Source: Craspedostauros australis (taxonomy: Eukaryota). Taken from it: a stretch of DNA of 42,821 bases. Below the pieces are notes generated by a model. It searched no databases and was not told the origin of the DNA. It saw only the letters and a program-made list of their open reading frames with translations. The DNA lies in the NCBI GenBank assembly GCA_030167865.1, contig JALAGF010000816.1, positions 1-42,821 of the forward strand, written 5' to 3'. Both the position numbers and the translations under genes were made by a program. Of this stretch, positions 1-9,144 are shown piece by piece. Numbering within the stretch: the first letter of the stretch is position 1; each line of letters starts with the position of its first letter.

Positions 1-84
1 ATTGACATCACACAGCATCAGCTCTGGTTCCACCCTTCAGCTTATAGCTGGGTAGGGGACCGACACTGAACTGTTGTATCAACA
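1..84 (+). repeat. 5' LTR (3' portion only, ends ...TATCAACA)
   Basis: 84/84 identity with 5114-5197. Identity stops exactly after CAACA, where the flanks diverge (TACTG vs ATGTC). Confidence 0.96.
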
Positions 85-100
85 TACTGTTTGTTTGATT
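85..100 (+). promoter_or_regulatory. Primer-binding-site position: TACTGTTTGTTTGATT, complementary to the element's own LTR (putative self-priming PBS)
   Basis: It abuts the 5' LTR end, has no TGG (anti-CCA) start, and is the exact reverse complement of LTR segment 5079-5094 (AATCAAACAAACAGTA). Confidence 0.8.
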
Positions 101-116
101 CAGCTCTATCACAACG

Positions 117-3100
117 ATGAGCACCGACAAGAAGCCGGCAGCGCCAACGAAGCCGAAGGCAGAAGGCGTCGCCAACAACAACAACAACAAACCCAACCGT
201 GGACATCGCAACCATCCGTTCGTCAAGCCAGCCAAGTTCGAAGGGGTGTGCCCCGAGCTCAAGGGCTATGTCTTTGACTGTGCTGCCGTACGTGCCAAGC
301 AGGTGGACGAATTCACAAAGACCATCGAAGCCATCACCAACTATGCTGGAACACAGTACGGACCGGTTGTGAGCATGGCAGTGGAGAACATGGAAGCACC
401 CTCCATCACAGAGCCTGAGGACTATGCAGAAGGAGCATCTGAGATCGAGAAGGACAAGTGGAAGAGACGCTATGCACTCTATACCACGCGCCTCACCAAC
501 GCCGAGACCGACTATCAGAAGATGTACGCGGTCATCTGGGGACAGTGTTCCGACATCATGCGGACACGTATCCAGGAATCCGACAACTACACCACAACAT
601 CCACCACACGAGACACCGCCGCACTCATCAAGATCATCAAAGGCGTCGTCTTCAACTACCAGACACACGAACAAGGAACAGTGGCCGCATGCATGATCAT
701 GCAGGAGCTTATGGGACTTCGTCAGAAGCACCGACAGACCGTCCAAGACTACTACGAATCGTTTGTCAACCTCGCCGATGTGAACGACACGGTCGAAACC
801 TCCATCACACACGTGGAATGCATCATTAATGCCATCGCCAAGGAGCGTGGCATCGACAACCCAAACACAGCGCAAAAGAAGGTGCTCAAGGCCGACGGCA
901 GACAGCGATTCCTTTCTGTACTCTTCATCCTGGGCTCCGACCGCCGCAGGTTTGGTTCCCTCATCGAGGACCTCCACAATGAACAGGTCAAAGGCAATGA
1001 CCAGTATCCCAAGACACTTGTGGCAGCACTCACCATGCTCAGCCACTGGTCGAAGGACCCAAGGAATGTACCGGGCATCAGCACACCAAAAGACACAGGC
1101 ATGGCGTTTGTGAACGCGAACAACCCAGGTGGAAAAGAGGCATGCACTCGATGTGGCCGCACCAACCACACACTGGATCAATGTCATGCGAAGTATCACA
1201 GTGACGGCACTGTCCTTGTGCACGCTGATGATGGATACAACGATGACGACTTCGTGTTCCTACATGCGCACCTGGATGAACACACAAGCCACACACTCAA
1301 CCAGGCAACCAACATCATCCCAAGGAACTGGATCCTCCTCGACAACCAGTCGACAGTTGATGTCTTCAGCAACGGACGTCTCCTCAAGGACATCCACACC
1401 CTTGAGAACAGTCTCACCATCCACTGCAATGCAGGGACTGCCACCACCAATCAACGCGGCACTCTTCCAGGATACGGGGATGTCTGGTATCACCCAGACG
1501 GGGTCGCCAACATCCTCTCCCTCAGCAAGGTGAAGGGTCGATTCCGTGTCACCTACGACAGCACTGGAACCAACCGCTTCACAGTGCACAAACAAGATGG
1601 GTCCATGCAATCCTTCCAGGAATCCCCAGGTGGTCTTTTCTACCTTGATACCAGCAGCACCAACAACCTCCACGAAACAACCATGGTCAACACAGTAGCT
1701 GATAACCGCAATAGCTTCTCGTCTTTTGACTATTCGCAGGCCAAACTGGCCAGGTCCCTACAACAGCGTATTGGTCGCCCCACGTCGCGTACTTTCATCA
1801 GATATGTTCGCAACGGCATGATCCCTGACTGTCCTATCACCGCCAAGGACATTCGAACTGCTGACCTCATTTTTGGTCCAGACGTGGCTTCCATGAAAGG
1901 GAAAACAGTGAGACACGTGTCTCCAGCCGTACGAGCGGAGATCGCACAGATTCCTGCGAACATCATGCAGCAATATCGCAACGTACAATTGTCAGTCGAC
2001 ATCATGGTTGTCAATGGCATCAAGTTCCTGGTCTCCATCGCCAAGCACATCAAGTTCGGCACAGTCGCAAAACTCGATTCTGCATCAAACACAGTCCTCA
2101 CCAAACAATTCCACAACATCATCCAACTCTACAAGCAGCGAGGGTTCCGTGTCACAATCATCATGGCAGACAACCAATTCGAATCCCTACGTGGCGAACT
2201 GGCCGAGCGAGGTGTTGGAGTGAATGTGACATCGCGGGACGAACACGTACCAGAAGTGGAACGGTACATCCGAACCATCAAGGAACGCGTGCGATCTACG
2301 TATCACGCACTTCCATTCAAACACTACCCGCCCATCCTCATCATCGAGATGGTACATCATGCTGTGTATTGGCTCAACATGTTCCCTCATCAGAACGGGG
2401 TCAGCAAGCGAATGAGCCCATCGGAAATAGTCGTGGGCCGCAAGCTGAATTACAATGCACACTGTCGTCTTGAATTCGGCAGCTATGTGCAAACGCACGA
2501 GCAGCATGACAACACAATGCAGCCACGAACCGTCGGTGCTATCGCAGTCAGGCCGTCAGGAAACGACCAAGGTGGTTATCTCTTCATCAGTCTGGAGACT
2601 GGCATGCGACTACACCGCAGATCGTGGACGGAAGTACCCATGCCCCAATCCGTCATCGACCATGTCCATGGCATGGCGAAACGTGCAAAAACGAATCAAA
2701 CCCTGAAGTTCTCCTATCAGCGCGGTGTGGAGCTGTACCCTGTCCATGATGAAGATGATGATGATGACGACAGTGACAGTGACAGCGATAGTGACAGTGA
2801 ATCCGACAGCGAATCAGAATCAAGCGAGGACACGGACGAAGACAGCCTCGACGACGAGGACGGCGATGATGGGAGCAGCGACAGCGAATCGGAGGCATCC
2901 AACGGAACCGAATCGGATGGCAGCTCAGATGACAGCGACGGCAATGATGATGATGATGGCGACAGCAATAATGGTGTTGAGGATGCAAATGTCCTGCCAC
3001 CGATCATTGCGGACCTGCCACTAATCATTGATGATGCACCACAACTGGCAGACGAGGAGAATATCGAGGCTGGAAATGGACAACCCGATGCGCATCAGCC

Positions 3101-5078
3101 GCCAGAACAGACATCAACACACCCCATGACCACGAGACGGGGACCACGCATTGACTACAGCGAACTGCATCACACCGGTCGTGGAGACACACATGCTACC
3201 ATCACAATCCTATCCGAAGATGCAAACAATGAAACACACAACCACATTGAAGCATGCACGTTCGTCACTGAACAGATGAACTGGAAGCAAGGGCTCCGAC
3301 AATTTCATGAACGCGGCGAAGACGCCATCAGCAAGGAATTGCAGCAGGTCCACGAAATGGAAGGGTTCGAACCCAAACACTGGCACGAGCTCTCTCATGA
3401 TGAACGTTGCAAGGCTCTGCGCTACCTGATGTACCTGAAAGAGAAACGCAACGGCGTCATCAAGGGTCGTGGTTGCGCTGATGGCAGGAAACAACGACTA
3501 TACATGACCAAGGAAGAGACCAGCTCTCCCACTGTGTCTCTCCTTGGGCTCATGCTCACTTGCGTCACCGATGCCCATGAGAACCGTGACGTTGCAACAG
3601 TGGATGTGCCAGGCGCATTTCTGCAAACCAAGTTCGACGACGGAGACATCGTGCACGTGCTGATTGAAGGAAGGATGGCTGAGCTGCTCGCCAAGGTGGC
3701 ACCCGAAGTGTACGAAGAATATGTGCACAAGAAGAGGGGACAATCGGCAATATACGTGAAACTCACGCGCGCGCTGTATGGAACGTTGAAGGCGGCACTA
3801 CAGTGGTGGAAGGATCTCACCGCCACCCTTGTTGCTGACGGCTTCACCATCAATCCGTATGACTGGTGTGTGGCCAACAAGTCAGTGAAAGGGAAACAAT
3901 GCACCATCGTATGGCATGTTGACGATTTGAAAATCTCACATGTGGACCCATCGGTGGTTGACGATGTAATCAAGATGCTGAATGTGGCGTACGGAAAACG
4001 AACTCCGCTCACCGTCAAGTGCGGCAAGCAGCATGACTACCTTGGCATGTTGCTTGACTACACACAACCAGGACATGTGAGAATCGACATGTCAGAATAC
4101 ATCAGTGGTATTCTTGCAGGAGTGCCAGCAAACATGGGAGGACATGCAGTCACGCCTGCAGCCAACCATCTCTTCGACATCAACCACGAAAACCCAAAGG
4201 CACTCGACGAAGACACCAAGGACCTCTTCCACCACATCGTTGCCAAACTCCTCTTCCTGAGCAAGCGCGCAAGACCAGATATCCAAACTGCTGTGTCCTT
4301 CCTCTGTACCAGGGTCAAAAGCCCAGATGAAGACGACTACAAGAAGCTTGCTCGCACGATCAAATACCTACGAGCGACGCAAGACATGACACTCACCCTT
4401 GGTGGATCCAGCCTGGAGGACACACAGTGGTGGGTAGACGGTGCGTTCGGCGTCCACAACGACATGCGGAGCCACACGGGGGCGCACATGTCCACCGGAG
4501 CAGGCGCCATCTACTCCACATCATCCAAGCAAAAGCTCAACACCAAAAGTTCGACAGAAGCGGAGCTTGTCGCTGTCGATGATGTGATGCCACAGGTGCT
4601 GTGGACAAGGTATTTCCTACAGGAACAGGGGATCAAGACCGAGCCATCCACCCTTCACCAAGACAACCAGAGCGCAATGCTGCTGGAAAACAACGGGCGC
4701 AAGTCAAGCGGAAAAAGGACCAGACACATCAGCATGCGATACTTCTTCGTTCACGACCGCATCAGCAGAAATGAGATCAGAGTCAAATACTGCCCTACCG
4801 ATGATATGATCGGCGACTTCTTCACGAAGCCGCTCCAGGGATCCAAATTCAGGGCATTCAGGGACGCCATCCTAAATCGAAACGCATATGATGCCAACAG
4901 GCCAAAGACATACAAGGAAGCTCTATTGGCATCACAGGAGTGTGTTGGTGCACTGGCCAATCGTCAGCATCCGTCCGTCGCACGTAATGACCCAAAGGCG
5001 CAAAACGACGCAGAGCCAGAGAAAAACACAACGAACGCAGAAAACAGCCAAACCAAAACCAACACAGACCACTCATAA
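117..5078 (+). CDS. Copia gag-pol polyprotein (1653 aa)
   Basis: Gag knuckle CTRCGRTNHTLDQC (CX2CX4HX4C, 1143-1184); protease WILLDNQST; integrase core VDIM / ADNQF / HVPEVERYIRTIKER; RT KGRGCADG, DVPGAFL, RALYG, WHVDD; RNaseH VDGAF, STEAE, QDNQSA, GDFFTKPL. No frameshifts or stops. Confidence 0.97.
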   Translation: MSTDKKPAAPTKPKAEGVANNNNNKPNRGHRNHPFVKPAKFEGVCPELKGYVFDCAAVRAKQVDEFTKTIEAITNYAGTQYGPVVSMAVENMEAPSITEPEDYAEGASEIEKDKWKRRYALYTTRLTNAETDYQKMYAVIWGQCSDIMRTRIQESDNYTTTSTTRDTAALIKIIKGVVFNYQTHEQGTVAACMIMQELMGLRQKHRQTVQDYYESFVNLADVNDTVETSITHVECIINAIAKERGIDNPNTAQKKVLKADGRQRFLSVLFILGSDRRRFGSLIEDLHNEQVKGNDQYPKTLVAALTMLSHWSKDPRNVPGISTPKDTGMAFVNANNPGGKEACTRCGRTNHTLDQCHAKYHSDGTVLVHADDGYNDDDFVFLHAHLDEHTSHTLNQATNIIPRNWILLDNQSTVDVFSNGRLLKDIHTLENSLTIHCNAGTATTNQRGTLPGYGDVWYHPDGVANILSLSKVKGRFRVTYDSTGTNRFTVHKQDGSMQSFQESPGGLFYLDTSSTNNLHETTMVNTVADNRNSFSSFDYSQAKLARSLQQRIGRPTSRTFIRYVRNGMIPDCPITAKDIRTADLIFGPDVASMKGKTVRHVSPAVRAEIAQIPANIMQQYRNVQLSVDIMVVNGIKFLVSIAKHIKFGTVAKLDSASNTVLTKQFHNIIQLYKQRGFRVTIIMADNQFESLRGELAERGVGVNVTSRDEHVPEVERYIRTIKERVRSTYHALPFKHYPPILIIEMVHHAVYWLNMFPHQNGVSKRMSPSEIVVGRKLNYNAHCRLEFGSYVQTHEQHDNTMQPRTVGAIAVRPSGNDQGGYLFISLETGMRLHRRSWTEVPMPQSVIDHVHGMAKRAKTNQTLKFSYQRGVELYPVHDEDDDDDDSDSDSDSDSESDSESESSEDTDEDSLDDEDGDDGSSDSESEASNGTESDGSSDDSDGNDDDDGDSNNGVEDANVLPPIIADLPLIIDDAPQLADEENIEAGNGQPDAHQPPEQTSTHPMTTRRGPRIDYSELHHTGRGDTHATITILSEDANNETHNHIEACTFVTEQMNWKQGLRQFHERGEDAISKELQQVHEMEGFEPKHWHELSHDERCKALRYLMYLKEKRNGVIKGRGCADGRKQRLYMTKEETSSPTVSLLGLMLTCVTDAHENRDVATVDVPGAFLQTKFDDGDIVHVLIEGRMAELLAKVAPEVYEEYVHKKRGQSAIYVKLTRALYGTLKAALQWWKDLTATLVADGFTINPYDWCVANKSVKGKQCTIVWHVDDLKISHVDPSVVDDVIKMLNVAYGKRTPLTVKCGKQHDYLGMLLDYTQPGHVRIDMSEYISGILAGVPANMGGHAVTPAANHLFDINHENPKALDEDTKDLFHHIVAKLLFLSKRARPDIQTAVSFLCTRVKSPDEDDYKKLARTIKYLRATQDMTLTLGGSSLEDTQWWVDGAFGVHNDMRSHTGAHMSTGAGAIYSTSSKQKLNTKSSTEAELVAVDDVMPQVLWTRYFLQEQGIKTEPSTLHQDNQSAMLLENNGRKSSGKRTRHISMRYFFVHDRISRNEIRVKYCPTDDMIGDFFTKPLQGSKFRAFRDAILNRNAYDANRPKTYKEALLASQECVGALANRQHPSVARNDPKAQNDAEPEKNTTNAENSQTKTNTDHS
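4933..4942 (+). other. Short polypurine-tract position (CACAGGAGTG) for plus-strand priming
   Basis: Purine-rich AGGAG core immediately 5' of the TGTTGG LTR start. It is short and interrupted. Confidence 0.6.
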
Positions 5079-5197
5079 AATCAAACAAACAGTATCCGAT
5101 CGAATTACACAGCATTGACATCACACAGCATCAGCTCTGGTTCCACCCTTCAGCTTATAGCTGGGTAGGGGACCGACACTGAACTGTTGTATCAACA
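4943..5197 (+). repeat. 3' LTR (255 bp, TGTTG...CAACA)
   Basis: Terminal inverted repeat TGTTG/CAACA, preceded by the PPT. The last 84 bp match the window start. The start position is inferred from PPT plus TG because the matching part of the 5' LTR is outside the window. The next 5 bp (ATGTC, 5198-5202) are the expected TSD. Confidence 0.88.
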
Positions 5198-5270
5198 ATG
5201 TCGACATAATTGCAACACGATCACATCCCAAATCAAGAACGAACTTGGAATAGCAACGACAAACAGCACC

Positions 5271-5861
5271 ATGCCAGCGACAGCACCAGCACCACCAGCG
5301 GACGCCCCATCCGAGAACATGCAGCTCTCCTGGCTCTCCAAGGTCCAATCGCCGCTGCAGGACGCCCTCGCACCGGGCAATTGGGTGGGCAGATTCTTGT
5401 CGTTCAACAGCGACTCCAAGACCTGGCTCTTTCCCAACGCCACGCCGCAGCAGGCGTCCGACGCAATCGTCGCCGTAATCAAGGGTCTCAACTCGGATCA
5501 ACGCGCGGATCTGTGCGTTCCCTGCTGCCAAATCACAAAGGCCACGGCCGACCATGTGCACGTCCGAACGTGGACCAAGAAGGAGTGGCTCGATGTGCTG
5601 GACATCAAGCTATCCAACGGTTCCGTCGTCAACACCGTCGATGGAAGCAAGGACAGCGCACCGCCCGCAATGGCCGTCGCGGAGGCCTCTTTTTACGCAA
5701 CGGGCATGTTGCCCACGTCCATACCGCTGGCGCCCATCTTCAACGTGGCGCTCTTCTTCTTTCCCTTCTATTCGCCAGGCAAGGATGAGATGCTGCAAAC
5801 CCTCCGTCTGCGTGTCCTGGAAGATTTGGTGCGCAAGAACTTGGCCAGCAGTGCCAAATGA
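5271..5861 (+). CDS. Hypothetical protein, possibly DUF1499-like (196 aa)
   Basis: GC3-rich ORF whose first ATG is at 5271 (the ORF-track start at 5187 is a TTG inside the LTR). HVHVRTWTKKEWLDVLDIKL loosely resembles the DUF1499 core, and there is a hydrophobic IPLAPIFNVALFFFPF stretch. Confidence 0.6.
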   Translation: MPATAPAPPADAPSENMQLSWLSKVQSPLQDALAPGNWVGRFLSFNSDSKTWLFPNATPQQASDAIVAVIKGLNSDQRADLCVPCCQITKATADHVHVRTWTKKEWLDVLDIKLSNGSVVNTVDGSKDSAPPAMAVAEASFYATGMLPTSIPLAPIFNVALFFFPFYSPGKDEMLQTLRLRVLEDLVRKNLASSAK

Positions 5862-6264
5862 TGCTGTCTTCGTGGCCACAGAGAGAGAGAGAGAGAGGAT
5901 TCGACTTGTGATGCGTTCTCGTCAATCAATCAATGACATCATGTCCGTTCTCCGTCGAGGCAATTGAGGACACCTATCATGCAGTACAATGCAACACGAG
6001 AACAAGTGAAAGGAGAGGATGGGATTACATTATATTATATTGTATTATGATGATAATGTTGTGAAATGTCGTAGCGATTCATGTTACTCTCTCTCTCTCG
6101 CCAGTAGACAGTAGTGGGAGTTTGCAATCCATTCAAGATCTTTAACATTTCAGTTCCAACAGTCTGTCTCACTGTGGAACACCATCATCCGCCGCCCTTC
6201 GCCAACCGCAACTGAAGGAGACGAAGAGGCAAGCCCATTCCTGGCGTTGTTCCAGCCGAAGCAC

Positions 6265-6459
6265 TCAGTCATTGAGGACGGCCGATCGCAGATGCTGATC
6301 AACGTGCTGCTGCACGGATTGTCTCTGCGTGCAGAAGGCCACGGCACCCTCCGACAGACGCAGGTAAACCTCGCCATCGGTGTTCCCGCTGTCGAGCTCC
6401 GCCTGAGCCACCCGTAGTTCGTTGATCGTCACGTCGCTTGTCGATGATGGGTTCACCAT
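6265..6459 (-). CDS. Small protein (64 aa), prefoldin-beta/ASDURF-like
   Basis: ATG at 6459. ELRVAQAELDSGNTDGEVYLRLSEGAVAF matches the helix-EL-x7-VY-hairpin-F pattern of beta-prefoldin-like proteins, judged by eye. Confidence 0.45.
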   Translation of the reverse strand: MVNPSSTSDVTINELRVAQAELDSGNTDGEVYLRLSEGAVAFCTQRQSVQQHVDQHLRSAVLND

Positions 6460-7108
6460 TGTCTTCTTTTGCTGAACTATGCTGCAGATGGGTGAGTTGA
6501 TCGTGTGTTGTATAATATGTTGTAGAATATGGTATGTCTCATGTGAATGCTTGTGGGTACAAGCAAGTCTGCCGCAAGAGACCAGCAAGAAGACTCTCCT
6601 GTTCCTTTGATGTCACAAGAATGAGCACGTGTTTGTTTGTCATCAGATTCCATCATCCTCTGCGCGTCTCTGCTGGCGCCGACAACCTCGAGACCGTTAT
6701 TAAACGTTATTCCATTCGGCTCCCGCGCGTGGATGCACCGTTATCCACCTTTAAACACGGAAGAGTGTCCGAATTCACAATGTCGCGTCGGCACTGCTTT
6801 CGCGAACTGTCCTCGGACTATGCCTTCGCGTACGAACGCAACCGTGACAGTGAACGAGACAACCAACAACTTCAGGAACAACAGGAATGATCGTGCCAAA
6901 CTCGGTCTTCATGCCATTCGTCGCCACGCACGAGTATCGACAGTGGCAGGGCGGACAAGCGAAGCAGAGATCATAGGTCGCACTTTCGCAAAGGGCTTCA
7001 AAGGGACAACACGAACGAGAACAGCGAGGCAATCAACTTTGTTGACACACAACAGAGGAGCATCGACACTCAAGCAGAGCAACAGCAGAGCAACAGCAAC
7101 GATCGACA

Positions 7109-8314
7109 ATGGGAGCCTCAAGCAGCAGAGTGGCTGTGATAGGATCTGATGCGAGAGTGCAGCGGCTCCCGGATGAGAAGGAGATTCATCCATTCGAAGT
7201 CACCGATGCTGATCCTTCCCATGCTGTCATAGCGACAAATGACACCACAAACGGTACCACCAACAAAGCCAATGAGGACGCTTCTCCGCGTAGGTACACT
7301 ACTGGCCATACAAACAGCAACAGAAACAAACACCAACAACCTCCCACTGCGAGTGCGACTACGAGTATGCGAACAAGCAACATTAGCGCAACAGAGAGTG
7401 CGAGCACTGACGTGAGCGATCATCATTCGGTGAGCGACCAAGATGCGATGATAGGCAATGGTTTCTCGCCGAAGAATGAAGCTCATAATCTGCGGCACGA
7501 CCATCTGATGGTTGCGAATCAAGCATCTGATCTAAGCACTGCCACAATCGAGGTCAACAACCGCACTGCTACCCTCGCAATGGCTTCCCCAGCTACTTCT
7601 GCTGCTGCTGCTCCTGCTCATGGTGCAGCTACTACCATCATCACTGACGGTAATGGTTCCGCCTTGACGAATCCATTCGACATCCTATTCGCAATGTGCC
7701 AATCAACAGCAACGCAGACACCTGCGCAATTGGCAAATAGAAGTATGAACGCATCTGCAGCTTCATCAAATGCTATCGCGACTCCAACAGGCCAACCGAA
7801 CGTGCGGTCACCATCGCAATCGCAGACAGCACGCCAACAAGCAACCGCGCACCAACATAGTTTGGCTGTCATGCACCAACCCATTCCCATCACGAATGTG
7901 CGCAGCGACGATAACAGAGGCAACGAGACCGATAGCGGCACCAGCAGCAACAGCAGCGCAAACGCAGACTTCGAAGCCAGCGCCTCAGTCGTCGTCGACT
8001 ACGAAAGCGAGACACGCCGCAGAAGCAAGCTGCGGGCGAGAATCGCGTCGGTGGCGATGGTGACCTCCACGTTGCTGTCCGCTTTGTCTTTCACCTTGTT
8101 GCGACGGCGTCGTCTCTTCCAGCGCCGTCGGAAGAATGCCGACATCACGGAGGATGGCCTGATGCGCACGCATTCCGTCACCAAAAGAACGAGGATGTCG
8201 CGTGCCGACATGGGCAGCAGCAGCACCACGCTCGATCTCTACCATTCGTCAGACCTCGACGATTTGCAGGCTGTCACGACGGCCGGTCCTGACATCAACA
8301 ACGCCATGCTTTGA
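7109..8314 (+). CDS. Hypothetical S/T/A/N-rich protein with one C-terminal TM segment (401 aa; 5' end uncertain)
   Basis: Long ORF. Hydrophobic IASVAMVTSTLLSALSFTLL is followed by the basic stop-transfer RRRRLFQRRRK. Confidence 0.55.
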   Translation: MGASSSRVAVIGSDARVQRLPDEKEIHPFEVTDADPSHAVIATNDTTNGTTNKANEDASPRRYTTGHTNSNRNKHQQPPTASATTSMRTSNISATESASTDVSDHHSVSDQDAMIGNGFSPKNEAHNLRHDHLMVANQASDLSTATIEVNNRTATLAMASPATSAAAAPAHGAATTIITDGNGSALTNPFDILFAMCQSTATQTPAQLANRSMNASAASSNAIATPTGQPNVRSPSQSQTARQQATAHQHSLAVMHQPIPITNVRSDDNRGNETDSGTSSNSSANADFEASASVVVDYESETRRRSKLRARIASVAMVTSTLLSALSFTLLRRRRLFQRRRKNADITEDGLMRTHSVTKRTRMSRADMGSSSTTLDLYHSSDLDDLQAVTTAGPDINNAML

Positions 8315-9144
8315 TTCTTCACTCCCGGTCTTCTCCTTCAACCTCTCATCAAGACAGTGCAATGCAAGATAATGCAATGTCATGTGATTTATAGTAATGC
8401 AACACTATCATACTGGAGTACTCATAGCTCACAGCTCACCGTATCCAACTTTGAAAGAAACACAGCAACAACAAAGATGATTCCCAAGACGTGGATCCAA
8501 ACACGTTCTCATGTTTTGTTGAGTCCAAGACTGGCTCATTCCCGGAGAATCTTGAGAAACAATCGTATCGAAGGAGTCGTCAGACGACAATGACGCATCG
8601 ACCGTTGCGAATCAAATCCCGAGCGTTGAGTTTCAAGTCGACAGAAATCGTAGCTAAATTAATCGATACACGAGCCGGATGACTTGTTTGTGTTCTCGCA
8701 AGAACATCCATTCTTGTCACGTGTCGTGTTGGCGGTGTGATTGTCGAATTTCGGCAAACAAACAGGAACAACATCCGTGCGTCTCTCGTGTTGATCATCA
8801 TCATCGGCGGTCCTCTCCGTGCATCCCTCCGTGCATCGACATCACCGCCATCACCAACAACATGGAGCATGATGCGATGCCGTAATCGTATGTATGTGCG
8901 TATGTATGTGCGCAGAGTACCTCCATGCGACCCATCACAGAAGGAGCACAGAAGCATCACAGATGACATCGCACCCACAAAATCGCAACCATCAACTCCA
9001 GCGCAATCGCAAACTCACAAGCACTTCCAATCGTAGACGCCTCCCAAACGAATAACAAAGCCAACAGCAAAAGCCAATACCAAACCCATCTCCTTCTCAG
9101 ACTTCACATCACTTTAACGCGCATCCAGCCTACCCCAATCCAAC

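Larger units (their letters stand above)
1..5197 (+). mobile_element. Ty1/Copia LTR retrotransposon, CoDi-like (diatom Copia); 5' LTR truncated by window start
   Basis: Bases 1-84 are identical to 5114-5197 (LTR 3' portions). There is one long ORF with domain order gag-PR-IN-RT-RNaseH (Copia order). The 3' LTR is bounded by TGTTG...CAACA. Confidence 0.97.

Noticed and set aside
85-116. Conventional tRNA primer-binding site
   Set aside because: There is no TGG start and no resemblance to the tRNAiMet or half-tRNA PBS sequences I know. A formal tRNA search is still needed.
42-1223. 393-aa antisense ORF over gag
   Set aside because: It is an in-register shadow of the codon-biased gag frame with no recognisable motifs.
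5187-5270. Apparent LTR-host gene fusion ORF starting inside the LTR
   Set aside because: The start is a TTG chosen by the ORF finder; the first ATG is at 5271.
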